Positions 17,287 to 25,408 of a DNA stretch of 56,445 nt are shown piece by piece. The position numbers and the translations under genes were made by a program. The notes under the pieces are model-generated. The model did no database searches. It was not told the origin of the DNA and was given only the letters and a program-made list of their open reading frames with translations. Each line of letters begins with the position of its first letter. Position 1 is the first letter of the stretch. The DNA comes from a virus (taxonomy: Duplodnaviria > Caudoviricetes). The stretch lies in IMG/VR virus record IMGVR_UViG_3300046485_000109, positions 1 to 56,445 of that record. One strand, 5' to 3'.

Positions 17287-17769
17287 TTATCTCTTTTTCC
17301 AGAAGCCTATCGATCTCGCATATGCTTCTGCTAATAATTCTTGTGCTTCATAAGAACATAATCTATTTCGATCGGGAATTATTCCAACTCTACCTAAATC
17401 CAATCTATCTGCATCCCAACATGTATGCACTGTTAAATTGCTGCTATAACCTTCAACTGAATGAAATTCACATGCAATTGGTAATGTGCCAAGTTGATAT
17501 TCTGATATTTTAATTATGTTTTTTTCATATAAAGCTTCAGCAAATTTTGCAGCTCTTTTACCATGATCAACATCAGAACTACTATCTAATTCTCGACAAC
17601 TATCATGTAAGAAAGCAAATAATTCAACTACTTTTCTATCAGCTCCATTCTTTTCGGCCATCTTTAATCCGTTCCATCTAACTCTTGACCAATGAGCAGC
17701 ACCATGTATCGCGTTCCAGGATAATACATATTTTTTTCTTATTTCAACAATCAGTTCTTGTGTAATTAT
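17287..17769 (-). CDS. HD-domain phosphohydrolase, probable ATA start
   Basis: IHGAAHWSRV (upstream of the tracked ATG), LHDSCR, DHG, CWDADRLDLGR. Confidence 0.85.
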   Translation of the reverse strand: MITQELIVEIRKKYVLSWNAIHGAAHWSRVRWNGLKMAEKNGADRKVVELFAFLHDSCRELDSSSDVDHGKRAAKFAEALYEKNIIKISEYQLGTLPIACEFHSVEGYSSNLTVHTCWDADRLDLGRVGIIPDRNRLCSYEAQELLAEAYARSIGFWKKR

Positions 17770-17960
17770 TTTAATCTAAAAATTACTTTCTTTTCAAATA
17801 AACTTAAACCACCAACAAAACCATATCCAAAAAAAAATATTGCTAGTGCTTCACCTAATATTGGAGTAAATGCAAAATACACCCAACTTAAAATTCCTAC
17901 TAATTCTCTAAAATAAAGAACTTTTTCTTTTATGAGAGGTTTAATCAAAACCTTATACAT
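17766..17960 (-). CDS. small membrane protein
   Basis: Two hydrophobic segments. Confidence 0.45.
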   Translation of the reverse strand: MYKVLIKPLIKEKVLYFRELVGILSWVYFAFTPILGEALAIFFFGYGFVGGLSLFEKKVIFRLK

Positions 17961-17990
17961 AAATAAAAAATTAATTAAAATTGATAAATA

Positions 17991-18203
17991 ATGAAACTCG
18001 TCGAACTATTTGAAAAATATGATAAAAAACATAAATGTCTAACACCAGGTACAATTTATAAAACTAAAATACATTCAGACCATATTTCTATTAGATTAAA
18101 TCTACCAGATAAAATTAAAGAAATAAAAGCTTCTCAAACTGAAGATTTAGAATCAGACCTTCATTATGCCATAGAAAAAGTTTTAGCTAAGTATTATTTT
18201 TAA
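17991..18203 (+). CDS. small protein with MKLVELFE leader
   Basis: NATAAATA motifs upstream at 17958 and 17983. Confidence 0.65.
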   Translation: MKLVELFEKYDKKHKCLTPGTIYKTKIHSDHISIRLNLPDKIKEIKASQTEDLESDLHYAIEKVLAKYYF

Positions 18204-18352
18204 GTCCAACTCTATAATATCTTAAAGATAAGGTACGTCTTTTATACTGATACTCACCACAATATTTTTTAATAATTCGTTTTACTTCAACAGGTGTTTC
18301 TTCACCAAGTTGTTCATACACCTTATAAAAAAGTCTAATGTTTCTTTATCTA

Positions 18353-18748
18353 TCATCTCATCAGTTCGTAATGAAGATTACCAGTAATAACGTTAGATAA
18401 AAGCTCACATGCAATAGTTTGCGAAAGTTCTTTTACCAAAATGCCAGGAATTTCATCTTTAGGAACCCATTCCTTAATCTTACTTTCATGTCGAACCTGT
18501 TTTCCATTGAGTTCAAACACTACCACTACATTCTTAGATGCTCTTAAAACATCTTGGTAAATATGAACCATTCCCTTAAGTTCATTGTTATCAAGATGAA
18601 GTGCCGCCAATAAATTAGCTTCAGCTTTTTTCTGCATCTCATTCAACAATCTTACTGACTCATCTGTGGGTGCTCGTTTTTCAGTAACCGAAACATTCAC
18701 TGAACTCGGACCTCTATAACCAGGTCCTGACAAATAAGTATCAAACAT
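18353..18748 (-). CDS. hypothetical phage protein
   Basis: EKRAPTDESVRLL.EM motif. Confidence 0.65.
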   Translation of the reverse strand: MFDTYLSGPGYRGPSSVNVSVTEKRAPTDESVRLLNEMQKKAEANLLAALHLDNNELKGMVHIYQDVLRASKNVVVVFELNGKQVRHESKIKEWVPKDEIPGILVKELSQTIACELLSNVITGNLHYELMR

Positions 18749-18946
18749 CTAATTCACCTGAAATAATTTATTTAACAACTGTTTTTCTTTTTCAATTAAT
18801 GGATGTCTATTATCAATATACCATCTTAAAAATCGTTTAGAAAGATTCGAAATCGGTTTATCACGTTCAATCTCATAAGTCCACATTAAAGGACGCATCT
18901 TAAACAATAAGAAAGTTTCAAACAACTCATCATCTTCTTTAGACAT
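18749..18946 (-). CDS. hypothetical protein (start corrected to MSKEDD)
   Basis: GAGG SD; the longer ORF overlaps a tRNA. Confidence 0.55.
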   Translation of the reverse strand: MSKEDDELFETFLLFKMRPLMWTYEIERDKPISNLSKRFLRWYIDNRHPLIEKEKQLLNKLFQVN

Positions 18947-18967
18947 CTTCAATCCTCTCGTTATTAA

Positions 18968-19052
18968 TGGTGCGACAGGAGGGACTCGAACCCTCACGAC
19001 CGAAGTCACAGGTATCTTAAACCTGCACGGCTACCACTTACGTCACCGTCGC
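18968..19052 (-). tRNA. tRNA-Leu(AAG) with CCA
   Basis: GCGACGG/CTGTCGC-A-CCA; CAGGT-TTAAGAT-ACCTG; long variable arm. Confidence 0.9.
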
Positions 19053-19057
19053 GTATT

Positions 19058-19438
19058 TTATATTTTCTTTAAATCCGAATACACTTCAGCATCACTTTCA
19101 TATTCATCATTCCAATATTTCATTAATGGTTCATAATTAATAATGATCCAATCAAAAATATCATCAAGTTCAGCTTGATCCATCTTAGCTTTTCCAGCTA
19201 AAACTTTTGGTTCTTTTGAAATAGATACTGAAAAATTATCATTACTAGAAAAAGTACCTTTAACATTACTAACTTTTAATCTAGCCCAATGTCTTTGCTG
19301 AACATAGTCTTTAGAAGAAATAAAAATTATCCAAGGCAAACCTGAATTGGCCGGCTTAACGCGAGCCATCTCCCACAATTGGGATTCTGTTAAGAACAAT
19401 TCATTTGATGGATCAAAAATTAATTCTTCTAATTTCAC
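19058..19438 (-). CDS. DUF4160-like protein, paralog of 530-934 (GTG start)
   Basis: MKLEELIF...WEMARVKPANSGLPWIIFI...H.ARLKVSN. Confidence 0.6.
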   Translation of the reverse strand: MKLEELIFDPSNELFLTESQLWEMARVKPANSGLPWIIFISSKDYVQQRHWARLKVSNVKGTFSSNDNFSVSISKEPKVLAGKAKMDQAELDDIFDWIIINYEPLMKYWNDEYESDAEVYSDLKKI

Positions 19439-19466
19439 TTTTATTATTTTTCTATTATTATAAAAA

Positions 19467-19552
19467 TGGTAGCACCACCCGGACTCGAACCGAGAAGCCA
19501 TGACGGCGGAAGATTTTAAATCTCCAGAGTTTACCAATTTCTCCACGGTGCC
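19467..19552 (-). tRNA. tRNA-Leu(TAA) with CCA
   Basis: GGCACCG/TGGTGCT-A-CCA; GGAGA-TTTAAAA-TCTTC; late promoter at 19576-19583. Confidence 0.9.
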
Positions 19553-19598
19553 ATTTATTCTTTTTAATTATACCTTATTTATAGGTATTTGTACATCT

Positions 19599-19922
19599 TT
19601 ATTTTGTGCAAAGTGATTCTACATAATCAATTAGTAATTGTTGTTTTTTATCACCTAAACTATCAAAATGAAACAAATCTTTTGGAAAAGATTCACCTTT
19701 AATTTCAATGCATTTGCCATTGCTAAGCCATAATAGCAAAGTGCCTTCTAAATTTCCATCTGAATTCAATTCCAATTCATCAGTATCAACTTCAGTTATT
19801 GATGAAAACATTTTTAAGAGAGTTAAATCTCCTTGCTTTTTTCCTGAATTCAAATCAATTTTCAAATCAATTTTAATACCTTCTACGAGAGTTTGAAGTT
19901 CTGCTAATAATTTAAGTTCCAT
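19599..19922 (-). CDS. late hypothetical protein (MELKLLAEL..LVE leader)
   Basis: Late promoter at 19951-19958. Confidence 0.6.
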   Translation of the reverse strand: MELKLLAELQTLVEGIKIDLKIDLNSGKKQGDLTLLKMFSSITEVDTDELELNSDGNLEGTLLLWLSNGKCIEIKGESFPKDLFHFDSLGDKKQQLLIDYVESLCTK

Positions 19923-19963
19923 AATAATACTCTCTTTTTGGATAAAAGATTATTTATATAAAT

Positions 19964-20091
19964 TGGAGACAGAAACTGGATTCGAACCAGTGACCCGCTG
20001 GTTGGGATAATCATTTACCTACGGTCCCTTGAGAGGACAAATTATCGGAAACGATGTTATGTCGGCTGCTCTACCACTGAGCTATTCGGTC
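19964..20091 (-). ncRNA. tRNA-like RNA with anticodon arm replaced by a permuted Y-RNA core (copy 4)
   Basis: Acceptor plus CCA, GCTC-AGTGGTA-GAGC D arm, ACTGG-TTCGAAT-CCAGT T arm; insert TTTGTCCT..GGGACCG...AAATGATTATCC. Confidence 0.7.
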
Positions 20092-20100
20092 TATAATTTA

Positions 20101-20322
20101 TTAAAACAACAGAATTGCATCTGTTGTAGAATATGCTATTACCATTCGATTAGAATTTCTTAAGCAATGATTAGTCCCTTCGTTTTTAGGGCCATTTATT
20201 TTTTCACAAGCATCACGAGCTTCTTGTGGTGTTTCAAATTCAACAACATTTTGAACAACATCTGCTGCAACTTGCCCACTATTACTTGTACAAATCGTTT
20301 TTACTAAAATTTTGTAACTCAT
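20101..20322 (-). CDS. early hypothetical protein
   Basis: Promoter with AACTAGTT box at 20406-20413. Confidence 0.6.
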   Translation of the reverse strand: MSYKILVKTICTSNSGQVAADVVQNVVEFETPQEARDACEKINGPKNEGTNHCLRNSNRMVIAYSTTDAILLF

Positions 20323-20407
20323 CGTGTAATTCTCTAGGTTATCAATTTAAGAAAGTAAGATAATTATATCTTGTATTTCTGAAAAAATAAACAACTATTT
20401 ATGCAAA

Positions 20408-20638
20408 CTAGTTATCACTTTTCCAAATCAAACTAACATACTGTTTCATTAATACATCAAAATCATTATCTCTATCTTGAACTTTGGCATATGACCAACT
20501 TTGATGATAGCCATTAAAGACGAACCTAATTGAAGGTTCTCCTCCTCCCTCAAAGTCTTTAAAGAATGTATTGATCCGTTCCAAATTGATTGGTTTTTTT
20601 GTATAATGATCAACAACTGAACTTACAATAAATTTCAT
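20408..20638 (-). CDS. hypothetical protein (start corrected to MKFIV)
   Basis: GAGG SD. Confidence 0.55.
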   Translation of the reverse strand: MKFIVSSVVDHYTKKPINLERINTFFKDFEGGGEPSIRFVFNGYHQSWSYAKVQDRDNDFDVLMKQYVSLIWKSDN

Positions 20639-20651
20639 TTTAGCCTCTTTA

Positions 20652-21089
20652 TTAAAATTGTTTTTGAGCGAATACTTTATTGCTTTCAAATAAGACTTGC
20701 GGTGCATTAGTTATTTCTTGAAGTCTTTGACCTCTACGTCTATCACCTTGTCTTTTTCCAAGTTCAGGAACCATATCTACTTTAAGAGCATGATTAGATC
20801 TTCGTTCATTTGAATGATGTCTAATATGATATTCACGAACTGCAACAGGTTTATTCAACAATTTCTGTGCATTCAATTTTCGAATAATCTTTCTACCAGT
20901 CTTGTTATTACCTGTATAAATCAGTGCATGATATTCGATACCATCTGTCTTAGTATCTTTATAGATAACAATCCGGATATTATCTATTGATAATGGTTTT
21001 CTAAACCATCTCAATAGAGCCGGTGTTATAAACTGTTTAATATCAAACTCTGTAGTAGTTTCAGGTATTCTTGGTATAATCAATATCAT
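20652..21089 (-). CDS. RRM-like RNA-binding protein, host-like
   Basis: I..IP..TT..DI..F...H.LI....IIRKLN...L.NKPVAVREY; RRM topology. Confidence 0.55.
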   Translation of the reverse strand: MILIIPRIPETTTEFDIKQFITPALLRWFRKPLSIDNIRIVIYKDTKTDGIEYHALIYTGNNKTGRKIIRKLNAQKLLNKPVAVREYHIRHHSNERRSNHALKVDMVPELGKRQGDRRRGQRLQEITNAPQVLFESNKVFAQKQF

Positions 21090-21493
21090 CGTTTCATTCC
21101 TCTATAAATTATCTTCGGTAAAGTAAAATGCCTACACCTAAACCAACTATATAACCAGCAGCAAAGCATAATAAAAATATCATTGTTTTTTCATTCCTCT
21201 AATTTTTTTATTATTAACTAACCATTGAACAAAATGAGACCATACATTAGCACTAGACCCTCTATCAGTACAATACCAATCATCTCTAGAAGTGTCATCA
21301 AGTGTCAATAACCATTCTTCATATAGTGCATCAATCTCTTGAAATGTTTTCTTGTTCATCTTTATCAGCCTTCAATTTATTTTTAACATCTTTTAGAACT
21401 TTCCTACATTGGGCCGGTGTTAAATCTCCAACATCAATATATGAAACTCTTCTATCACCTGGTGTAATAACTTCATAAGTATTACGATAATTT

Positions 21494-21715
21494 TTACAAT
21501 TTTTCTTTCTTAATAACCTGAACTAATTCTCTAATATTTGGAACAGGTTTAGTACAAATAACAGTGTTTGATGTAAAATCAAATAAAATACCAGATTCTA
21601 AATCAATACATTCCTGTGTAACATTCTTAATATTGTTAATCATAGAATGCTGTCTAAATAATATCAACGATTGAACTAAGACAATCAAAGACATAAATGC
21701 TAAAATTTTATTCAT
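21494..21715 (-). CDS. small membrane protein
   Basis: N-terminal TM segment plus Cys pair. Confidence 0.55.
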   Translation of the reverse strand: MNKILAFMSLIVLVQSLILFRQHSMINNIKNVTQECIDLESGILFDFTSNTVICTKPVPNIRELVQVIKKEKL

Positions 21716-21790
21716 TTGCTTAATATCCTTTTAAAAGAGAGAGAAAGATAAACAATTATCTTGTTTATCTTTCTATTTAATATCCCTTTT

Positions 21791-22036
21791 TTAAGCTTTT
21801 AATTTTTTAGGATCTTTTTTTGACAAACGTCCTTCATTATACATTGCAGATAAGAAAAATGCCATGACGCCTGGAAATAGGTTTGTCAATAGAGCAAGTT
21901 CTGTAAATCCACCAAGTAAAATTATACTCAATATATTAAATGCAAAATATGCAGTTATAGCAGATAATACTGGACTGCATTTAATCCAAGTCCATACTAT
22001 GGATTTTACGGTATGTTGCGAAGGTATTGTTGCCAT
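21791..22036 (-). CDS. membrane protein
   Basis: Two TM segments; GGGGAG SD. Confidence 0.6.
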   Translation of the reverse strand: MATIPSQHTVKSIVWTWIKCSPVLSAITAYFAFNILSIILLGGFTELALLTNLFPGVMAFFLSAMYNEGRLSKKDPKKLKA

Positions 22037-22178
22037 GATATTTCTCCCCGTGAATAATTAAACACAAATTAACAACTTTAAATGAAAGCTGCTATTTGTA
22101 TTTAACAGGTTTCAATTTGATTTTATCACGATTTTGGTATCATGTACAATACTTTTTTTTAGATATTGATATCTAATT

Positions 22179-22310
22179 TGGCGCCACTGGCGAGAATCGA
22201 ACTCACTACCAACTCCTTAACCTGGATAACCATTTTCGGTCGGTTGATATACTAGACAACAAAAAGTGAAAACGACTTTTTTAGTTGCTCTACCAATGAG
22301 CTACAGTGGC
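22179..22310 (-). ncRNA. tRNA-like RNA with anticodon arm replaced by a permuted Y-RNA core (copy 5)
   Basis: Perfect GCCACTG/CAGTGGC-G-CCA; D and T arms; insert TTTTTGTTG..CAACCG...GAAAATGGTTATCCAGGTTAAG. Confidence 0.75.
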
Positions 22311-22321
22311 TTTAAAAATTT

Positions 22322-22455
22322 ATTGACGTTATCGTAGTCAATTCTTGGTCGAAGCCTGTCCAAGACGGTAGTACTATGAACACTAATAGTAATGTCATTG
22401 CTAATGTATGACCTATTAGACTAGTACGAACTCTCATTAGCGCCTGCTTTCGGTA
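22322..22455 (-). ncRNA. candidate structured RNA with pseudoknot
   Basis: Nested stems GTACTA/TAGTAC, CTAATAG/CTATTAG, GTCAT/ATGAC; loop CATTAGC complementary to upstream GCTAATG; two further hairpins. Confidence 0.5.
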
Positions 22456-22881
22456 ATTTATTCTACTGGAATCCAAGTAAAATGATAGATAATACTATAT
22501 TTTTTAGAACTAAATGGTTTTCTAATTTGAAAAAATAAGGTTGGAAAACATAAACATTTAATAGTTTCAAAGGTATTTGTAGCAATACATTCTTTTTGTT
22601 TATTAATTTTTTTCAATCTTACTAAAAAATACCAGCCATTTGGTTTTAATTTAATATCTCGTCCTGTAGTCATATTTGATGTTTCATCAAAAGTAGAATC
22701 AACAACTTTATTTAAATTCCGTCCATATAAAAACCAAGGTTCTCGTGGTAAGACCCCCACATTCTTGTTTATCAAATCTCATTTTTATAACCTCTCTACT
22801 ATAAGTTCTATTATAACATAACCAACAAGTAAAAGTACAACTAAACTTGTTATTATCGAAAATCTTTTCCAGCGTCTTTCA

Positions 22882-23175
22882 TCATCCATTTTTGATGAGC
22901 CACATCGCTAGGGCTTCACCACCCGCATCCGGTTTGAATCGTCCAATCAATTTAGAATTCTCTGTAAAATGAGGATCAAGTTCTCTTAAATTTCTCAGTT
23001 CTTTTTCAGTCATTTCAAAAAACAATAATAATTTTTCACCTTCATAAGTAGTACAACCAAAGTATTTTACTCGAGCCAATAACCAATCGCCAATCGCCTT
23101 GTGATAAGCACCATTGTATTTCATAGTTAAGTGGATTTGGATTTTTCGAATCAGTTTGATATGAAAATGCACCAC
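22882..23175 (-). CDS. hypothetical phage protein
   Basis: VKY.GCTTYEGEKLL...LDPHF...IGRF.P motif. Confidence 0.6.
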   Translation of the reverse strand: MVHFHIKLIRKIQIHLTMKYNGAYHKAIGDWLLARVKYFGCTTYEGEKLLLFFEMTEKELRNLRELDPHFTENSKLIGRFKPDAGGEALAMWLIKNG

Positions 23176-23337
23176 TCATACTTTTTGGAAAACAACCCAT
23201 GTTTAATTCATCTTATTAAAATCTATAAGACTATTCTAACATATTACATCGCGTTTGTAAAACGTTAAAGGTTGTCATCCTAATGGATTTCCAGCTTTTA
23301 CACTAGCACGGGATTTACCATCATCACCAAAAATTAG

Positions 23338-23406
23338 GTGTTCAACAAAAAAGTTCTTATGGGGGATAATCTTAACAGGATAACCCATTAGCGAACGGGT
23401 GAACAT
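23338..23406 (-). ncRNA. minimal Y-RNA/stem-bulge-like RNA (copy 2)
   Basis: Core AATGGGTTATCCTGTTAAGATTATCCCC identical to copy 1 with different outer stems; own promoter TTTACA/TG-TATAAT at 23413-23440. Confidence 0.75.
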
Positions 23407-23445
23407 GTAGCTATTATACACTTTTTTTATGTTATGTAAACATTT

Positions 23446-23637
23446 TTAATCGATTCCCGATGATCGATTTTCTATTAGCTTGTACAGTGCAACTATTAGT
23501 TCTTCACGAGCTTGGATAAAAACATCGTATCCATGAGAATTAAATGTAGTGGCAGCTGATGCCATATTGTCTGCCATTTGAATTAGCTGAACAATATATT
23601 CTTCAGCTATGTAGGCTTGTTGGTATTTTAAATCCAT
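23446..23637 (-). CDS. hypothetical protein
   Basis: AGGAG SD; last gene of a three-gene late operon. Confidence 0.6.
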   Translation of the reverse strand: MDLKYQQAYIAEEYIVQLIQMADNMASAATTFNSHGYDVFIQAREELIVALYKLIENRSSGID

Positions 23638-23675
23638 ATCAGTTACTCCTATAGTTCGTTACCACAACGGGACGA

Positions 23676-24305
23676 TTAGAAGAATGACACGATGCTCCAA
23701 TTATTACTTCTGCAAATAAGACTTAAAGATCCATATGCTTTAGTGATAACAATAGTGCTCTGCCCATCAATCAATTCTAAGTATGCCGCTTTGATGGTGA
23801 CTTTTCGATTCCCCAATGGGGGAGCCATTTCAGCTTTCACAATATATTTCGTGCCATCGGGCGGTGATGTCGGTAATTGAATTGTTACCGGCCCATTTGA
23901 ACTTACGCCAATATAGAAGTCTGATAGAGTTGCGCTATAATCTTCACTTACGAAACGAGTTGGGGTAACATACTCACCTGGTTCTCCCTTATCGCCTTTT
24001 TCACCTGGATTTCCAATTTCTCCTTGCTCTCCTTTTTCCCCTTGGATTCCTTGTATTCCTTGAGGACCTTGCTCACCAACATTTCCTTTTTCTCCAGGAT
24101 CTCCTTTTAGACCTGGTATTGGTGGTTCTGTATTTTCAATTATATCATTATTTATAATAATAATTTCTTCATCTTGAAATGAAGTTGTTGCTCCAGCAAG
24201 CGCATAATTTGCTTTATTTAACAAAAGCTTATTGAACGGTTGCCCATTTGATAGTTTTAGTAAAGCTTCATTGAGTTCGATTAATCGTCTGTCTAAATCG
24301 TCCAT
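23676..24305 (-). CDS. collagen-like protein
   Basis: GxY repeats followed by a beta-rich C-terminal domain. Confidence 0.8.
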   Translation of the reverse strand: MDDLDRRLIELNEALLKLSNGQPFNKLLLNKANYALAGATTSFQDEEIIIINNDIIENTEPPIPGLKGDPGEKGNVGEQGPQGIQGIQGEKGEQGEIGNPGEKGDKGEPGEYVTPTRFVSEDYSATLSDFYIGVSSNGPVTIQLPTSPPDGTKYIVKAEMAPPLGNRKVTIKAAYLELIDGQSTIVITKAYGSLSLICRSNNWSIVSFF

Positions 24306-24330
24306 TTAATTTACCTCCATAATCACATCA

Positions 24331-24364
24331 AAGAAAGAACTGGACCGAAATCCAGTTCTTCTTC
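24331..24364 (-). terminator. hairpin/terminator within operon
   Basis: AAGAACTGGA-N6-TCCAGTTCTT. Confidence 0.6.
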
Positions 24365-24377
24365 AACATGAGATAAA

Positions 24378-25205
24378 TTAAACTACGTTATTAGTAGCTG
24401 TGTTACGACCAGCATTGCCACTCATTGTACCAAAATTAACAGTACCTTGTTTTACATCTTGGATTTGAGAAGCGAAAGCTTGTAATTGAGATTGTACTGA
24501 AGCCCATTGTGCTTGACTTTGGTTAACTTCAGCAGTATGTCTCCAATGATCGCGACCGTGTCTTTCTTCAACAAGTTCAGCGTTACGTTCTACAAGAGCA
24601 CGATTTAAATCATGATATTTTAAATCATTAATTAAATTACGTGTAACTGTACCATCATTAAAGATGTCACGACTGATTTGTGCTTGACCTAATGCAATTG
24701 CAGCAGCATTTTTAGCTTGTTCAAGCATTACAGCAGCGGCATTTTTAGCAGCTTCTAATGCATTAGCAGTTGCAACTTTTTCGCCATTAGCACTAATTTG
24801 ATATGCTAATGATAAAGAACTTGCATCTTGTAACGTTTTTAAAGCTGCGATTTCACGAGCTGCATCTCTGTCAGCTTGCATAGAAGCAATAAAGAAACCA
24901 GAAGCTTGGTCTCTTATGCTATCTTTTGTGTTTTCAATACGATCTGCTAAATCATAACGAGCATCTTTAGTTGCCGATACACCTTCATATTGTGATTTAA
25001 GACCTTCTTTAACTATTTCGCCATCACCTTGGCCAATAGCATAACGAATATCAGCAGTAGCATTGGCTACTTGTTGACGACTATTTGAACCTTCGACAGC
25101 TGCTTCACGTCTAATGGTTGATGTTTGTTCGGCTTGCTCACGACGAATATCAGCATGGTCGGCTGCAAGAATTTGGATATCAGAAATTGTGACTGGATCT
25201 GCCAT
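24378..25205 (-). CDS. Ala-rich coiled-coil late protein
   Basis: AAGGAG SD; TRNLI...DLNRAL motif; late promoter at 25376-25383. Confidence 0.7.
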   Translation of the reverse strand: MADPVTISDIQILAADHADIRREQAEQTSTIRREAAVEGSNSRQQVANATADIRYAIGQGDGEIVKEGLKSQYEGVSATKDARYDLADRIENTKDSIRDQASGFFIASMQADRDAAREIAALKTLQDASSLSLAYQISANGEKVATANALEAAKNAAAVMLEQAKNAAAIALGQAQISRDIFNDGTVTRNLINDLKYHDLNRALVERNAELVEERHGRDHWRHTAEVNQSQAQWASVQSQLQAFASQIQDVKQGTVNFGTMSGNAGRNTATNNVV

Positions 25206-25214
25206 GGTAGAACT

Positions 25215-25370
25215 CCTTTTATGTGACTTCAGGACTTAGCCTTATTCACTTATTATTGTTAGGGCTTTCGAAAGCCCGAGGTTTGTTGGATAGTGAGCCA
25301 GCACTATCACTGATGTAGGTCAGAGACCTAACAATGAGTTGGTAGAAACGATATCCACCTTGAATTCTAT
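25215..25370 (-). promoter_or_regulatory. long structured 5' leader
   Basis: Hairpins TAGGTC/GACCTA, GATAGTG/CACTATC, GGGCTT/AAGCCC; possible closing stem ATTGTTAG/CTAACAAT. Confidence 0.5.
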
Positions 25371-25408
25371 ACTACTATTTATACCAGTTCGTCTTTATTT
25401 CACGATAA

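Noticed and set aside
13039-19546. Tracked ORFs or 5' extensions at 13039-13227, 15253-15550, 18947-19009 and 19439-19546
   Set aside because: They overlap tRNA genes or the attenuator and lack SDs; better starts exist downstream.
19964-22310. Ordinary intron-containing tRNAs
   Set aside because: The inserts are too short for group I introns, I saw no bulge-helix-bulge, and they share the Y-like core with stand-alone copies.
22428-22455. Hammerhead ribozyme (CGAAA, CTAATGAG)
   Set aside because: The order and spacing leave no room for stems I and III; the core deviates from CUGANGA.
23265-23337. Riboswitch downstream of Y-like copy 2
   Set aside because: Only weak short stems; no recognisable aptamer consensus.
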